Origin: Octopus vulgaris
Lineage: Eukaryota
Length of the DNA: 64,000 nt
Assembly (NCBI GenBank): GCA_951406725.2
Contig: OX597818.1
Coordinates: 71,052,001-71,116,000 of the forward strand
Direction of reading: 5' to 3'
Part shown: positions 38,563 to 51,421 of the stretch, piece by piece
Layout of the letters: each line of letters starts with the position of its first letter
Position numbering within the stretch: position 1 is the first letter of the stretch
Translations under genes and position numbers: made by a program
Notes under the pieces: model-generated
The model's input: the letters and a program-made list of their open reading frames with translations, nothing else
Told to the model about the DNA's origin: nothing
The model's database searches: none

Positions 38563-38599
38563 TATATATATATATATATATACACATATATATGTATAT

Positions 38600-38659
<60 letters not shown>

Positions 38660-39852
38660 TATATAAAAAATACATCAAGTACAGGACATCACCAATGAGT
38701 GAAAAATATGTCGACACATAATGAGAGACAAGTATGGGACAAAATAGCAAAAGAAGTCTAACCCCTTCGCAGTTGTTGACTGTTAATTATTCCCTATTTC
38801 GAGCTTTCAACGACAATATAAGAAAACCTTATTAGACATAATTTTAAAAATATGAAATGTCTGGCGAGTGAGAGCTTCAAATGAACAAACGACAGAGTAA
38901 ACAATTGATGAAGACAAACATTAAGAGCCGTTAGGCCAAGACACATTGTAATGGGTAACGCCTGGGAGAAATTTTGAAAGGATATAGAATAACTATATAT
39001 ACACATAGGATCATTGTGATTTAACATCCCTGTTCTATGTTGCTAGTTTGGACCCAGTTTGACAGGATCAGTGGATTAAATGACTGCATCGTTCTCCATT
39101 GTCTACTTTGACAAGGTTTCTACATGTGGGCGGCCTTCTTAATGCCAACAACATTACATCATGTGCAGAGTGTTGTCATGCCACAAGCACTAGTGAGGTT
39201 GCATTACAATTTACAAGAGTATAAACCTCAAGAAAGGAAGCTTTATGCTCAGAGATAAGGGTTAATGGTATGAGAGAAGGGGTCAGAGCAGAACAAGTTT
39301 CTTGCTATTGAGGGGCTACATGGCTACTTACATTTGAAAAGAAAAATGGGCATGATCAGGGTGGAGTAAGGAAAAAAATTCAGATTGTCATGTGACTCTC
39401 AAGGCACAAAGTGAGCAGAAGTGAACAAAGCAGAAGAACCAGGAGTGGTGGTGGTTGGGTGGGGGAGCTACATACATTTCCTTGACATCCATTTAGTGAA
39501 TAGCTAAGCCATCTTTTTTGCCATCCTCATTCTGGTTTACAATAGTAAACAAACACACACACATACACATGATGGGCTTTTGCAGTTTTTACCATTCAAA
39601 AGGCATTGGTCAACTCAAAGCTATGGTAGAAGACACTTGTCCAAGCTGTAGGATTGAACTCAAAACCACATGGTTGTAAAGTGTACTTTTTAATTGCAAT
39701 GCTACACCTGCAACACACACACACACACACACACACACATTGTTGAAAAGGGGTTAATTAAGACTTGATACAAATCAAAAATTATGGTTAAAAAAATAAA
39801 GTTGGAAATATATATACATATATATATATATGTATGTATGTATGTATGTGCT

Positions 39853-39883
<31 letters not shown>

Positions 39884-40444
39884 TTCCTTTTTTCCTTCCC
39901 TCATCCTTTTATCTAAAACTGCATTCACCTTTATGCTGGCTTAATTTCTTTTCCCCAGAAAAAAGAATGAAATGCTTACTGAATAATTAAATGTTATAAA
40001 CATCCAAGAATGTGTCTGGAAAATCAAGGAAAATTTCAAACTTTATTTTCTATTGATAAATAACTGTTGTTGTTTTGTAATTTGTGAGTGAACGAATGGC
40101 ATAGATTTACGAATAAAGACTTACATGGTTCCAAAATGTAGAGATTGCTACTTGAAACAGACTTGTTTGTATTATCTTTTTATTTATCAGCAGCTATGGT
40201 TTGGCAGAATCATTAGAGCATCAGATTAAATGCTTTGTAGTGTTTAATTGTAGCCCTTTACATTCTGAGTTCAAATCCCATTGAGGTCAACTTTGCCTCA
40301 CATCCTTCTACAATCAAGAAAGGAAATATTTCTTCAAAATAATTTCAAGCCCATGTTAGAAATCATTATTGTCATCATCATCATTATCATCATTATCATC
40401 ATCATTATCCAACCCATGCCAGCATAGACAATGGATGCTAAATG

Positions 40445-40494
<50 letters not shown>

Positions 40495-41779
40495 ATCAGA
40501 ACAGTGAATTAGAAGACTTGATAGGGCAACTGACAAAATTCCTTGTGGTATTTAGTTATGTCTCTTTGTGTTTTGAGTTCAAATCGCACCAAGTTTGATT
40601 TTAGTACAAATCAGAAACTGGGACTAACATCACCAGTTGTTTCCTCCACCAAATTTGTGGCCTAGTGTTGCTCAAATTGGTTATCCTTATTATTGGTAGC
40701 AGTGTTGCATCACCAGACATTGGGTCTCAAGAATTTATTTTGCTCCTCTGTTAGTATTATCATTGTCATATTACATCAGCTTTCTAATAAAAACATTTTG
40801 TTCAATGAACATCACAGCTTCTTGCCACCATTCACAGCCCTTCATCTTTTGATTTTTTCTGGGTTTTTTTTTCTTTCTGAAGCTGGAATATTAAGATATT
40901 ACATGTGAGAGGAGTTAAACTACCAACAACCTGATATTTTTCTTAATCATATATTATCATCCATCATTATTGCAGTTTTAGCTATCATCTTTGCAATCAT
41001 TCTCAGTATCAGCAGAAGCATTACAGCATCAAACAAAATATGCCTGCAGTTTTATTCGCATTTTTTGTTCAAATCCTGCCACGGCTAATTTATTGATTCC
41101 TGGAAGGATAAACATAAAGAACTGATCAACTCATAGGATTCATTTTATTTTCCCAAGAGGCATTGGAAATGGGGATGAAATTAGAAAACTAAAACTGACC
41201 CCCCAGTTTTATGTCACTTTCATCAGCTTTTAATTGCCAATAGGATTTAGGCTAAGTTTTCTCTGCTTCTTTCTGTTTTGACAGTTTTTCTACAAGTATC
41301 AGTTTTCTTAAACTTTATTTTACCCAAGTGTTGTCTATCTAGGACTATATTTTTCAAGTGTCTTTCACTATCTTTTAAATTATATAACATGATTTGAGTA
41401 AAATGTGTTGCTATTTCTAATAAATCAGTTGACCATGTGAAGGCTCAGTGAATGACTTGCTGCAAGTACTTATTCTCCATGACATTATTTCATGAGCTAA
41501 GTGGACTGAGTCAGTTGTATTGGTCAGAAATAGGAAGTTGTGCCATTTGAATCACAGACTCCTTAACAGCCAAGGAGAGTAAGTAACAGCTTTGGTCTCA
41601 TCAAAATAGTTGTTTGGCCTCAAAGGTCTTAAGAAATGAAATGAGATCTTTCATGGAGTTCAATGGATATGAGTTTATTCTGCCCTTGGATAGGATGCCA
41701 GTCTATCACATGTAACATTCCAAAAATGATCTGGCAGATGAGCTGTGACAGTACAAAATAAAGTCTTCTACTTAGAGAC

Positions 41780-42770
41780 ACAACAAAACAATTTTCAGGA
41801 CTTAATCCATTTTCCATGCTCATATGAGTTGAGCATATCTGTTTCAGCAAAGTTTCTCATTGAAATGTCTTCATATATCATCATTTTACTTCACTTTGAT
41901 TCTCTGCACATTCGGAGGTCAGTCTTTTTTGCTGATTATGTCTACCTTTTGTTCTTCTGCAAATTCCTTCCACTTGCATCACTCGGTACTTCTTTACTTC
42001 TTAACTTTCATATGTATCACATACCCATGTTAATTAAGTCTTCTCTTTTGCATTCTACATTTGATTCCTCTTATATCTAGTTTTCCTCTCAGGTAAATTT
42101 GTATTCCATTGTTCATGCAGCAGAATATTTTCAATTCATTCACATGTTTTCCACATTCAATGCCTACTGTAACATCACATTTTGTACTCGAGCATCATGC
42201 CATTCACCCTTCGCTCACAGACTCCTTTTGTAGCCAGCATAAGTAAAATAGCTCCCAAATTTTCTCTACCTTGTTCTTACTCTAGCTGCTAATCTTTTGG
42301 AAACCTCCCTTCTACTATTAATTAAGCTGCCTAGATAACACACGCACACACACTAACAACTACTTTTAGAAAGCCCTCCAAACTTTTGAAAGAATTTAGT
42401 CCAGGAGTGCTGTTACTGCTAAGTCTCCCTACATGGCTACTAAATTCAAAATCCTTTTTCTCAATATGACTGTAATCCTACAGGACTCCTTGTGCACTCA
42501 CAGTCTGCAAGGGAATTTTTATTCCTTTTCTGCATATCAAATATGAATGCTTCCCAGATGGCAATATTGCTGTTTTTCTGACTAAAACTTTTATCTTGAC
42601 TAGATTAATTTCACAACTTCTTGATTCTAGGATTTGATTTCAAGTTTTCAATCTCATTTCTAAATCTTCAGCAGAGTCATTAAGGAGAACTACATTATTT
42701 GTCATACAGAAACAACCATAAACAGTTTGTCTCTCAAACTGTTCTTATTATGTCCTGCATTATCATTTTC
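41780..42770 (-). mobile_element. decayed RTE LINE fragment
   Basis: Nucleotide similarity to 55450-56300 (CTTTTGTAGCCAGCA, GCCTAGATAAC, GTCATTAAGGAG..GTCATACAG); heavily frameshifted. Confidence 0.6.
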
Positions 42771-42784
42771 ATCCACATTGTATT

Positions 42785-42990
42785 GCAAGCTGACAGAATA
42801 ATTAGCATGCCAGGCAAAATGCTTAGCTGTACTTTGTCCATCATTATGTTCCGAGTTCAAATTCCACTGAGGTACACTTTGCATTTCATCTTTTCAGGGT
42901 CAATAAAATAAGTACCAGTTGAGCACTGGGGTCAATCTAATTGACTTAATCCCTCCTCCAAAATTGCTGGCCTTGTGCCAAAATTTGAAG
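42785..42990 (+). mobile_element. tRNA-derived SINE (family A)
   Basis: GCAAGCTGACAGAA..GAGTTCAAATTCC..AAATAAGTACCAGTTGAGCACTGGGGTC. Confidence 0.8.
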
Positions 42991-43228
42991 CCAAATATTG
43001 TGTGCTCATAAATATATGTCATCATCATCTTTTTAACGACTACTTTTCCATGTTTGCATGGGTCAGCAAGAGTTTATTGATGCAAATTCTCTATGGGAGA
43101 AGATGCCATTGTGCTGCTAACTCCCACTCGTTTCTAGACTGGGTAATATTTCATCATGGCTTGACATGTTTCTGCAGAATATTGGAAATGAATGTGTTAT
43201 TAAGGAGAGAGAAGAGAGAGAGAGAGAC

Positions 43229-43287
<59 letters not shown>

Positions 43288-44049
43288 TACACACATACAT
43301 GTATGTATGCTTCTTTCAGTTTTCATCTTCCAAATCCACTAAGAAGCTTTGGTCAACCTGGCGCTTTAGTAGATAACACTTGCTGAAAGTACCATATAAG
43401 GGGACTAAACCTAAAACCAGGTGTGTACGCACACATATACATACATATATACATAAATAATATGCATACATGCATATACAACAAAGAATGAATAAAGAGA
43501 CAACTTTCATCAATAAATATCTTCCACAACTCAATACAAACACATAACATAATACAGAACACTACTAACCTTTCAATTAGTACCACTAACCCCCATACAT
43601 CCCATACACCATTCACATTACACATCTATATCTACCCTAATTGCACCAAATCCAAAACTACTTACCTCCTTTACACATAATTGTTTTACTCAGGGACTAG
43701 TAGACCTGACACCGTTCATTAATCAGTGTACATTCAAAACAATGATTAGTAAATTCATGAAACTGGTATGCTTTTGAATCTCTTTAACAATTCCCAACAA
43801 TGACTTTTATTACTTTTATTCCTACCTCAGTTCATCTAATTTTATAAATCTATCATTAATTTTCATAAAAAGCCTTTACTTCTTTTGGTTTCCAACGTGC
43901 ATTTTCACTTATTTTCCTTCTTACTTTCCCCTTACATAATATCCATTCATGCATATATATATATAAATAAATAATATGGATATATGCATATATATATATA
44001 TATACATATACATACATACATACATACATAAATAATATGCATTCATGCA

Positions 44050-44099
<50 letters not shown>

Positions 44100-44131
44100 A
44101 ATATATATATGTGTGTGTGTGTGTGTGTATG

Positions 44132-44176
<45 letters not shown>

Positions 44177-44199
44177 GTATATGTATATATATATATATG

Positions 44200-44275
<76 letters not shown>

Positions 44276-44300
44276 AATAATATGTATATTTATATATATA
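44050..44300. repeat. (TA)n/(TG)n compound microsatellite
   Basis: Direct reading. Confidence 0.95.
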
Positions 44301-44301
44301 A

Positions 44302-44477
44302 ATATTAGACAGAATGAGATAACAAAGCCAAGGCTGTGAAGAGTTTTCAAGACATTTATAAGGAAAAAGATATAGACATAGTCTTACAGCTGTAAGACTA
44401 TGTCTATATCTTTTTCCTTATAAATGTCTTGAAAACTCTTCACAGCCTTGGCTTTGTTATCTCATTCTGTCTAATAT
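44302..44477. repeat. perfect 176-bp spacer-less palindrome
   Basis: 88-bp arms are exact reverse complements centred on ..TTACAG|CTGTAA.. Confidence 0.97.
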
Positions 44478-45689
44478 ATATATATATGCATGCTAGTACA
44501 AGACCCACATTAAACTCCTCACTCATATCACTATCAAACCAATTGTTTAACTCTGGTCTGTCCATAGCACTTACTTAGCATTACCTGCCACTCGTTTGGT
44601 CTTCTAGATACCAATACCTCACACACACACACATATATATATATGGATGCACACTCATATACATACATGCACTCACGTATACACACATTTACACAAATAT
44701 ATATAAATATATATATATATATATACACACACACGTGCATATGTACTAGCATTATTTTCTTTTATATGATACACTGTGTGTGTATGTTTGTGCATGTGAC
44801 TGTATAATGATACATCTCCTTTGCTAATTTGAATTTCCTTTCTGAAAGATTAATTAATAATAAGTATAGCTCATCTAATTATAATTATTTCCTCATGGTA
44901 CATATTTTTAAGGAAATATTTGCCTGTATTCCATCTTTCTTCATCTTCTGTCATTTCTTTCTTCTTGGTTTTTTGAACTTGGAAAGATTATTAATAAATT
45001 GTGGTGGGAAAGGGTGAGTCAATTAAATTGATTTTGGTACTTGATTAGTACTTTATTTCATTGACCCTTAAGTTGCCTTTAAACTCAAAACTTAGGTAAA
45101 TCCAACTTAAAATTGCAGGTATTTTGTTTCACCAACCTCAAACCACAGTTTGTTTAAGTCAATTTAGCCATGCCAATTTCACCACTCTCACCCATCTTAC
45201 ATAAAACTTATGGGAGAGCAGTACTTTCATTTTCATGTGGTATTCGTAGATGATGAAAACTTGGCTTGAAAGGAAGAATTCTGTCCTTAGACTTTCAAAT
45301 GTGCCTACTACATAACTTTCTTCATACTATCAGGCAGAGGAAGGCTATCACACTTCCTTACCAAATGAAAGTAATAGGTGCTCTTCCCAACAGATTCAGC
45401 TGAATCAACAGTTTAACATAAACCCACAAATCTGTGTTGCATTCATACTGAACATGCTACACAGTTTAGCCATCCTGCCAAAATCATGGACAGGTTCAGT
45501 TGCTGGCAGCTGCAACACAGAGATGTCTGTAGAGTTCATCCAGAACATGTAAAATCCACCAATAACACTATCAAGCCAATTTTCTTTTGGAAATTATCCA
45601 TGATCCCTGACTTGAAAATTCTTTAAAAAAAGACTACTGAAGCAGTTGCCATTGCTGTCTAAAATCTCTCCAAGACCACTGTCATTCGT

Positions 45690-46014
45690 ACTATTCCCCA
45701 ACTCTCTACATGGGGGTCCACACAATGAATTAGTAAATTGGAGACCCACAATAATATTTTAAGGACTACTGAAAATAAATTGCTTTAGCCATATGTATTT
45801 GTGAGTGTTTTGCACGAAACAGTTCAGTTTCTTTCTCTAATGTTTTATTCAGTTCAACCTACATGAGTTAATATGAAAAAAACAAAATAAGAATTTTGAA
45901 AGAAGTTCTATAAAATAGTTTTTAACATCGAATGGCTATGAGTGGTGAGGTGTCCACCAGAATAAAATAGTAATCAAAAGGGTTCATAGATAAAAGATGG
46001 TTGAGAATTATTGG
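45690..46014. mobile_element. hAT/Charlie-like MITE, decayed
   Basis: Ends TATTCCCCAACTC..GGGGGTCCA and GGGTTCATAGATAAAAGATGGTTGAGAATTATTG resemble CAGTGGTTCCCAAC-type TIRs. Confidence 0.45.
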
Positions 46015-46944
46015 TCTACATGGTAGAGAGCTGTGAGCACCGGGTAACATTCCAGAGGACAAGCACCCAACCTTGGTCTGTGTTTAACTCTAATTCACGA
46101 TTGAAAATTTGGTTAAAGAGACAAGCTGTGAAAAGCTGTGACTGACGGCAACTGCATCTATTAACCATCATTCAGGAATTTGTGCTGGTGTATCAAGTTC
46201 AATACATGCCAGACATCAGCTTCTTCTAGATGAGACTCACCTCTTTGCTTGTGAACTTTTCTCGGTTTTTTTCCAACAGAAAGTTTGTTCCCAACCAGAC
46301 CCCCAAGTTCATTGACTGAGCTCCCAGTCATGCAACAGAAGCTACTGTCCTGCATGGATTTGCCCCTAGCACCAGCCAATAAATCTTTATGTGGTCATTC
46401 AGTTACAACAGATAGTAGCCCAATCTCACTCCTGTCACAGCCATCTTAAGGAAAGTACTTTTAAATAATGTTGTTGTAGATATAAGATCAAGACAGACAG
46501 GATGGTCACAGCTGAAATGTCTTTGATCAGAACCCTTTTTAATAAGGATTGACCCGGGGTTTAAATCCCTCAATGATGAAAGGTAAAATCAACAGTGACA
46601 GATTTGAACTAAGAGCATTTATAACTGAACATTTTGCCCAGTACTCTGCCATTTCCAGCCATTCATTGTTATTCACAGACATAAAAGAATAATGGCTTCT
46701 CAGACAGGTACAAGACCACAAACTTTTTTTTTATTTTGGGAGAGAAGAGCAAGTAGTTAGATAGGGGTTGATCTCAATCGTTTACTGATATTTATTTTAT
46801 CAGTCTATAAGAAGAGGTAATGTTGACCTCAAAAGGATTTAAACTCAAAATGTAAAGGGGTGGAGCTAAATATATTAAGCCAAAAGCTTTACTGTTTCTA
46901 TCACTCACTCAGTAACCCACTTTAGGATGGCACCAATTTCAGTA

Positions 46945-47140
46945 GTACAATGACACAAATTTTTTGAGCCGGGGTGGGGGAGTATAATTAATTAGATCAA
47001 TCCAAGTACATGACTGCTCCCTTATTTAATCAACCCCAGAAGAATGAAAGATGAAGTTGAACTCTAGAAGATTAGAATGCAGAATGCAAAGGGAAATTTT
47101 ATAAAAGCATTTTGTCCAACAACCGACCGATTCAGCCAAA
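46945..47140 (-). mobile_element. tRNA-derived SINE (family A), decayed
   Basis: TCAACCCCAGAAGAATGAAAGATGAAGTTGAAC..AAGCATTTTGTCC..TTCAGCCA. Confidence 0.6.
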
Positions 47141-47389
47141 CTATTGCTTTTCATATTAGTCATGATTGATTGATTGATTCTAGTTTCAGCTTATGAGCTG
47201 TGGCCATGCTGGGGCACCGTCATAGTAATTTTTTTCTAGTAGAGGCACACAGTCTATAATTTTCAGGGAGATAGTTAGTCAATTAAACTGACCCCAGTGC
47301 TTTACCAGTATTTAAGACTACCACAAAATAAAGAAGACAATAATAATAATAATTAATTTTATTAACCCTGAGCACAAATGTCACAAACC

Positions 47390-47880
47390 TTCCCTGGAAT
47401 ATTATCCTCTAATCACCTGTTACATGCTTAGAATAACTTAACTCACGTGGACCACTTTTGCTGCAGTCACCCACCTTTTGATATACTTGCTGGAGGAGAA
47501 CACTTCTCTGCCAACTTCACTTTCCTTTCCAAGTGAAACCTCTTAAAGTCAATGAGGGTTTGATCAAAGAAGGTATCTATGTTCAAACAGTTTGCCCTTC
47601 ATGTATTTTAGACAGTTCCACCTGGCAGTACTTCCATGCCTGAAGAGTTAATCTCAAACTAGTTGTACCTCATCATAGCAATTCCACACAAAGGATTTGT
47701 GAAAGTTATCTGTTATAGTCCCCAGCTCAAAGTTTTCCAAACCAGACTAGCTAGTTTATCCTCATCAATACCAAAAGTTTCCTCGAGAACATCGCTGCTC
47801 TCTTACCCACCAATAATCTTCTACAGATCACAAAAGTGGAAGTTCCACCAACAACATTGTTTGATTGGAAGAGAGCTGCA
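47390..47880 (-). mobile_element. 3' fragment of the Tx1/L1-like LINE found at 53345-54810
   Basis: Shared ATGCTTAGAAT, CAGTCACCCA, AAAGTCAATGAGGG with 53350-53490. Confidence 0.55.
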
Positions 47881-49939
47881 AGTGCCAGATAACATTCCAA
47901 ATGCAATAATAATAATGATGAGGAAGAATTAGAACAATGGTATGTTTTGATTAACAGCAATTCCAATTTTAATAGCAGTCTATTTTACTGCTGCTTATAT
48001 ACTCAACCTTCAAGAAGTTAAAAGCAAAGCCAACTGCAGCAATATTTGTATTTAGACCTCAATATTAAACGAAATATCTCACCCTTCTTCAATGACTATC
48101 ATCATCATCATAATGGCAATAACTTTAATTGGTTATAAACATCAATAGTTAATAGAAACTAACAAAGGGGTATCCATGTGCTCACTTGAGCTAGAACAAG
48201 AACCTAAATCTCCCTTAAACCATAAATGAAGTAAACTAAAGAACATAGGTGTATCTAGTTCCATACTTTGCACTCTCAGAGATCTCTGTGATACTCTTGG
48301 GAATAAACCCAAATACTTTCAATTATAATATAAGCTCTTAGAGACATACATACATACATACATACATACATACTACATACATGCATACACTTGTGTGGAG
48401 ACCCTACAAAAAAACCTTTACCCATCAGAAGAAAAGAGATATTATCTCTGTATGAATGTGTATCTACACAAATATTTGTCTAGAAAAGTGACAGAACTCT
48501 TATCATACATTATATACACAAAACATCCATTTATATTTACCTATACGGCACAATATCGACAGCATGTATTTTTCTCCTTTTATTAAGTCAATATGATTTC
48601 TTACCTAGCATTGTAAAATTCCTGAGAACAAAACAAGGAGAAACAAAATGGTTGATGTAGGTTAAATAAAAGTCTTGTTTATTACTTTTTTTAATTTCTT
48701 TCTTTTTTTTTTTTACATTTCAAAAGGAAGGAGGATTCCATCTCCCTTCCTTGGAAGTGGGGTTTAAAAAATGAGAAGCTAGGAAAAAATAAGAAACAAT
48801 ATACTTATTACAACACAACAAAATTTCAGAAACTTGGTAAAGAAACTTCTTTGCTTCTTTGCTTAGAATTATCAAATACTAGAATTTTAAAAAATATGAT
48901 TCTAGGTGTGTTTCATTTTCTTCTACAAACTTAAACAACAACAACAATAATAATAATTGGAGGTAAAACAAAACAAAAACATAAAAACAAAAAAAAAATT
49001 CAATAATTTTAGAATTGAAATTTACTTTGAGAATGCTAACTAAATACGAATTGTAGAATATGTTTCTGAAAATATTCTTTCTGTTTTTTTTTTTTGTTTT
49101 TTTTTTTTTTGCGACAAAGCATAACATATGAATAACAAAAACTGTATAAAAATATAGTCGACAGTATAGAGGGGAGGGGAGATCATATTTTTAAGGGGTT
49201 TTCTTTGTTTTTAGGAAAATCCTCAACCTTTTTTATTTCATATTTTCCTGCAAGTTATTTAAATAAGTGTTACAGGATACATGCTGAACATTTCAACCTA
49301 TGAGATAAGAATGCCAGATCCATAACAGAGATACTTCGTCTATGACTGAGAGAGAAGAATTCTAAAAGATTCCATTGAATTACATTTTTTATAACTTCTG
49401 TATAACAGAACACTTTTTGAAGCTGGTGATCCATATTATGATAGGGATAGAGCATTCTGTAAAACTGTTCATCCATGAGGTAAACATATAGAGATAAACA
49501 TATAAGAGTGGATTAACACATACACACACGCATGCACACACACACACACGCACACACACACACACACATACACGTGATATTAAATTGGTAAAGTTGTCAT
49601 TGTGTTACACAGAATGTTTAGTGATATTTGTTCTGATTCTATGTGCTCTGAGTTCAAATCCAGAGGAAAACAGATCTCTTGAGACTTAACAAAAATGGTG
49701 ACTAGCTTAGTAAGTTCTAAAGTAAGTGCCCTAGTATTTCAGTTGATCTCTCTCCAAGCTAGCACACTAGCTGCTAGGAGAGCATGCAAGGGGACTGCCA
49801 AGTCATGTGCAATAAAAGGAAAAGGGTCTGTGACTGTACTCATACATGTATATATACATCCTCGTCATAAATCTTTATACTTAGACAACCAAAACATGTA
49901 ACCAAGGAGTGAAAAAGACCAGTGGCATTACTTCAGCAG

Positions 49940-49984
49940 TAACCCTAACCCTAACCCTAACCCTAACCCTAACCCTAACCCTAA
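49940..49984. repeat. interstitial (CCCTAA)7 telomere-type repeat
   Basis: Seven perfect CCCTAA units. Confidence 0.9.
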
Positions 49985-50620
49985 TCACCAATCAAATGTC
50001 AAAGAGAAAGTTATTATAATTGAATTTACTGTTTAACACATTCTGCTATTCTGTAAGATTCAAATGAGCAGACACACATCGCTTTATTATGAGGGATAAA
50101 AAATTATTTTAGTGATTGCAAACACAGCAAAAAGTTTTCTTTTCTCTCTATTCCATTCTATTTTACAGCCTTTCTGGTACAAACCTTCCAGAGACAATCT
50201 CTGGCTCCATGATACTAACAAAACCTCTCACTTGAGAGTATTTATAATTAAATCACTGCATCATGAGAAATATGTGTAAAAACCTTTTTTAAGCTAGGTA
50301 CTGTATACCAACTTATACAAACAAGCAGTCATTATTTTATTAAATTTTATCAAATTCTTGAGTCCAAGAACATTAACCATTTCACAGTATAAACCTTTTG
50401 CAGCTTAAGAACAGCACTTTTCATAACTTTCCACTGTATTGGAAATTTGTTGTATATTTATGTGTAGACATAAAGCTTTGGCATTGTAACGGAATATAAA
50501 TATTCATATCATTCTGGAAAGACTAAAACAAGTAGAAAGATTTGCAACGAGACTTTGAGGTGCTTCACAATTCAGTTTACTGAGTAGCTTCCTGCCACAC
50601 AGATGCTTGTCACAATATTT

Positions 50621-50666
<46 letters not shown>

Positions 50667-50679
50667 TGATGATACTTTT

Positions 50680-50862
50680 TAAGGCAACTGGAAATCTCAT
50701 GCAAGATTGATGACTTGCAAAAAGCAACCTTATTGGGAGCAGTGCACATCTTGAGGAAAGTATTATCTGTCTGAGGTCCTTGTTGTGACTTGACAGATGA
50801 ATAAAGACTCTGATGCATTTTTCCCTACACTGTGTTACGAAGGAATAATAATAATAATAATA
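50680..50862 (+). mobile_element. R4/Dong-like LINE extreme 3' end between (TAA)n tracts
   Basis: DLQKATLLGAVHILRKVLSV*, short 3'UTR, then (TAA)n. Confidence 0.75.
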
Positions 50863-50864
50863 AA

Positions 50865-51410
50865 TGCCCTGATGCAGTACCAGGTAGTGGCTCTCATAGC
50901 TTCTGATCTTAACTGATTGGAAGTGTTATTATGTACATTGTTTTGTGTTGGAATGAAAGTAAATATTCTGCTCAATTCTACAGATTTGCTTGTCAGTTGA
51001 TTGACCGTAACCAATTGGGCATGTCCCTTAGTGGTTGATGATATGTGTCTTTCTGATCAGGAGCAGAAGTAGTGGGGAGCATCAAAGCCATGTGTTGAGA
51101 GGAATTATTTGGGGTTTGGATAATTCACCTTTGGAAACATGGGTGGTTCGTTCAACATCTTTAATCAATCTTTATTCAAGGACCTTTTAAGCAGGATGGA
51201 CTACTTGACCTAAAGGAAACTCTAACTGGGCCACACCTGCAAGGTCATATGCTGTTTATCTTCATATGAAATCCCCATGTCGTGCACATATGGTTGTGAT
51301 GCATGTGCCTAGTGTACCCTTATGAGATGGGTAGTCATGATGGGTATACTGGGCTTTGTATATTTTACCCCAGTGTCACTTTGGTGGCATGCACTGCTCT
51401 CTCACTCAAT
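50865..51410. repeat. ~540-bp interspersed repeat flanked by (TAA)n, inverted copy of 34581-35108
   Basis: End-to-end similarity to the reverse complement of 34581-35108. Confidence 0.85.
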
Positions 51411-51421
51411 AATAATAATAA

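Noticed and set aside
38670-39000. Penelope pLTR with hammerhead on the minus strand
   Set aside because: Only a corrupted core (AACTGCGAAGGGG) with no verifiable stems; too weak to call
48724-48752. Terminator-like hairpin AAGGAAGGAGGAT/ATCTCCCTTCCTT
   Set aside because: Short low-complexity purine/pyrimidine stem expected by chance; intrinsic terminators are not relevant in this context
49940-49984. True chromosome end
   Set aside because: Only 7 units, with ordinary sequence on both sides
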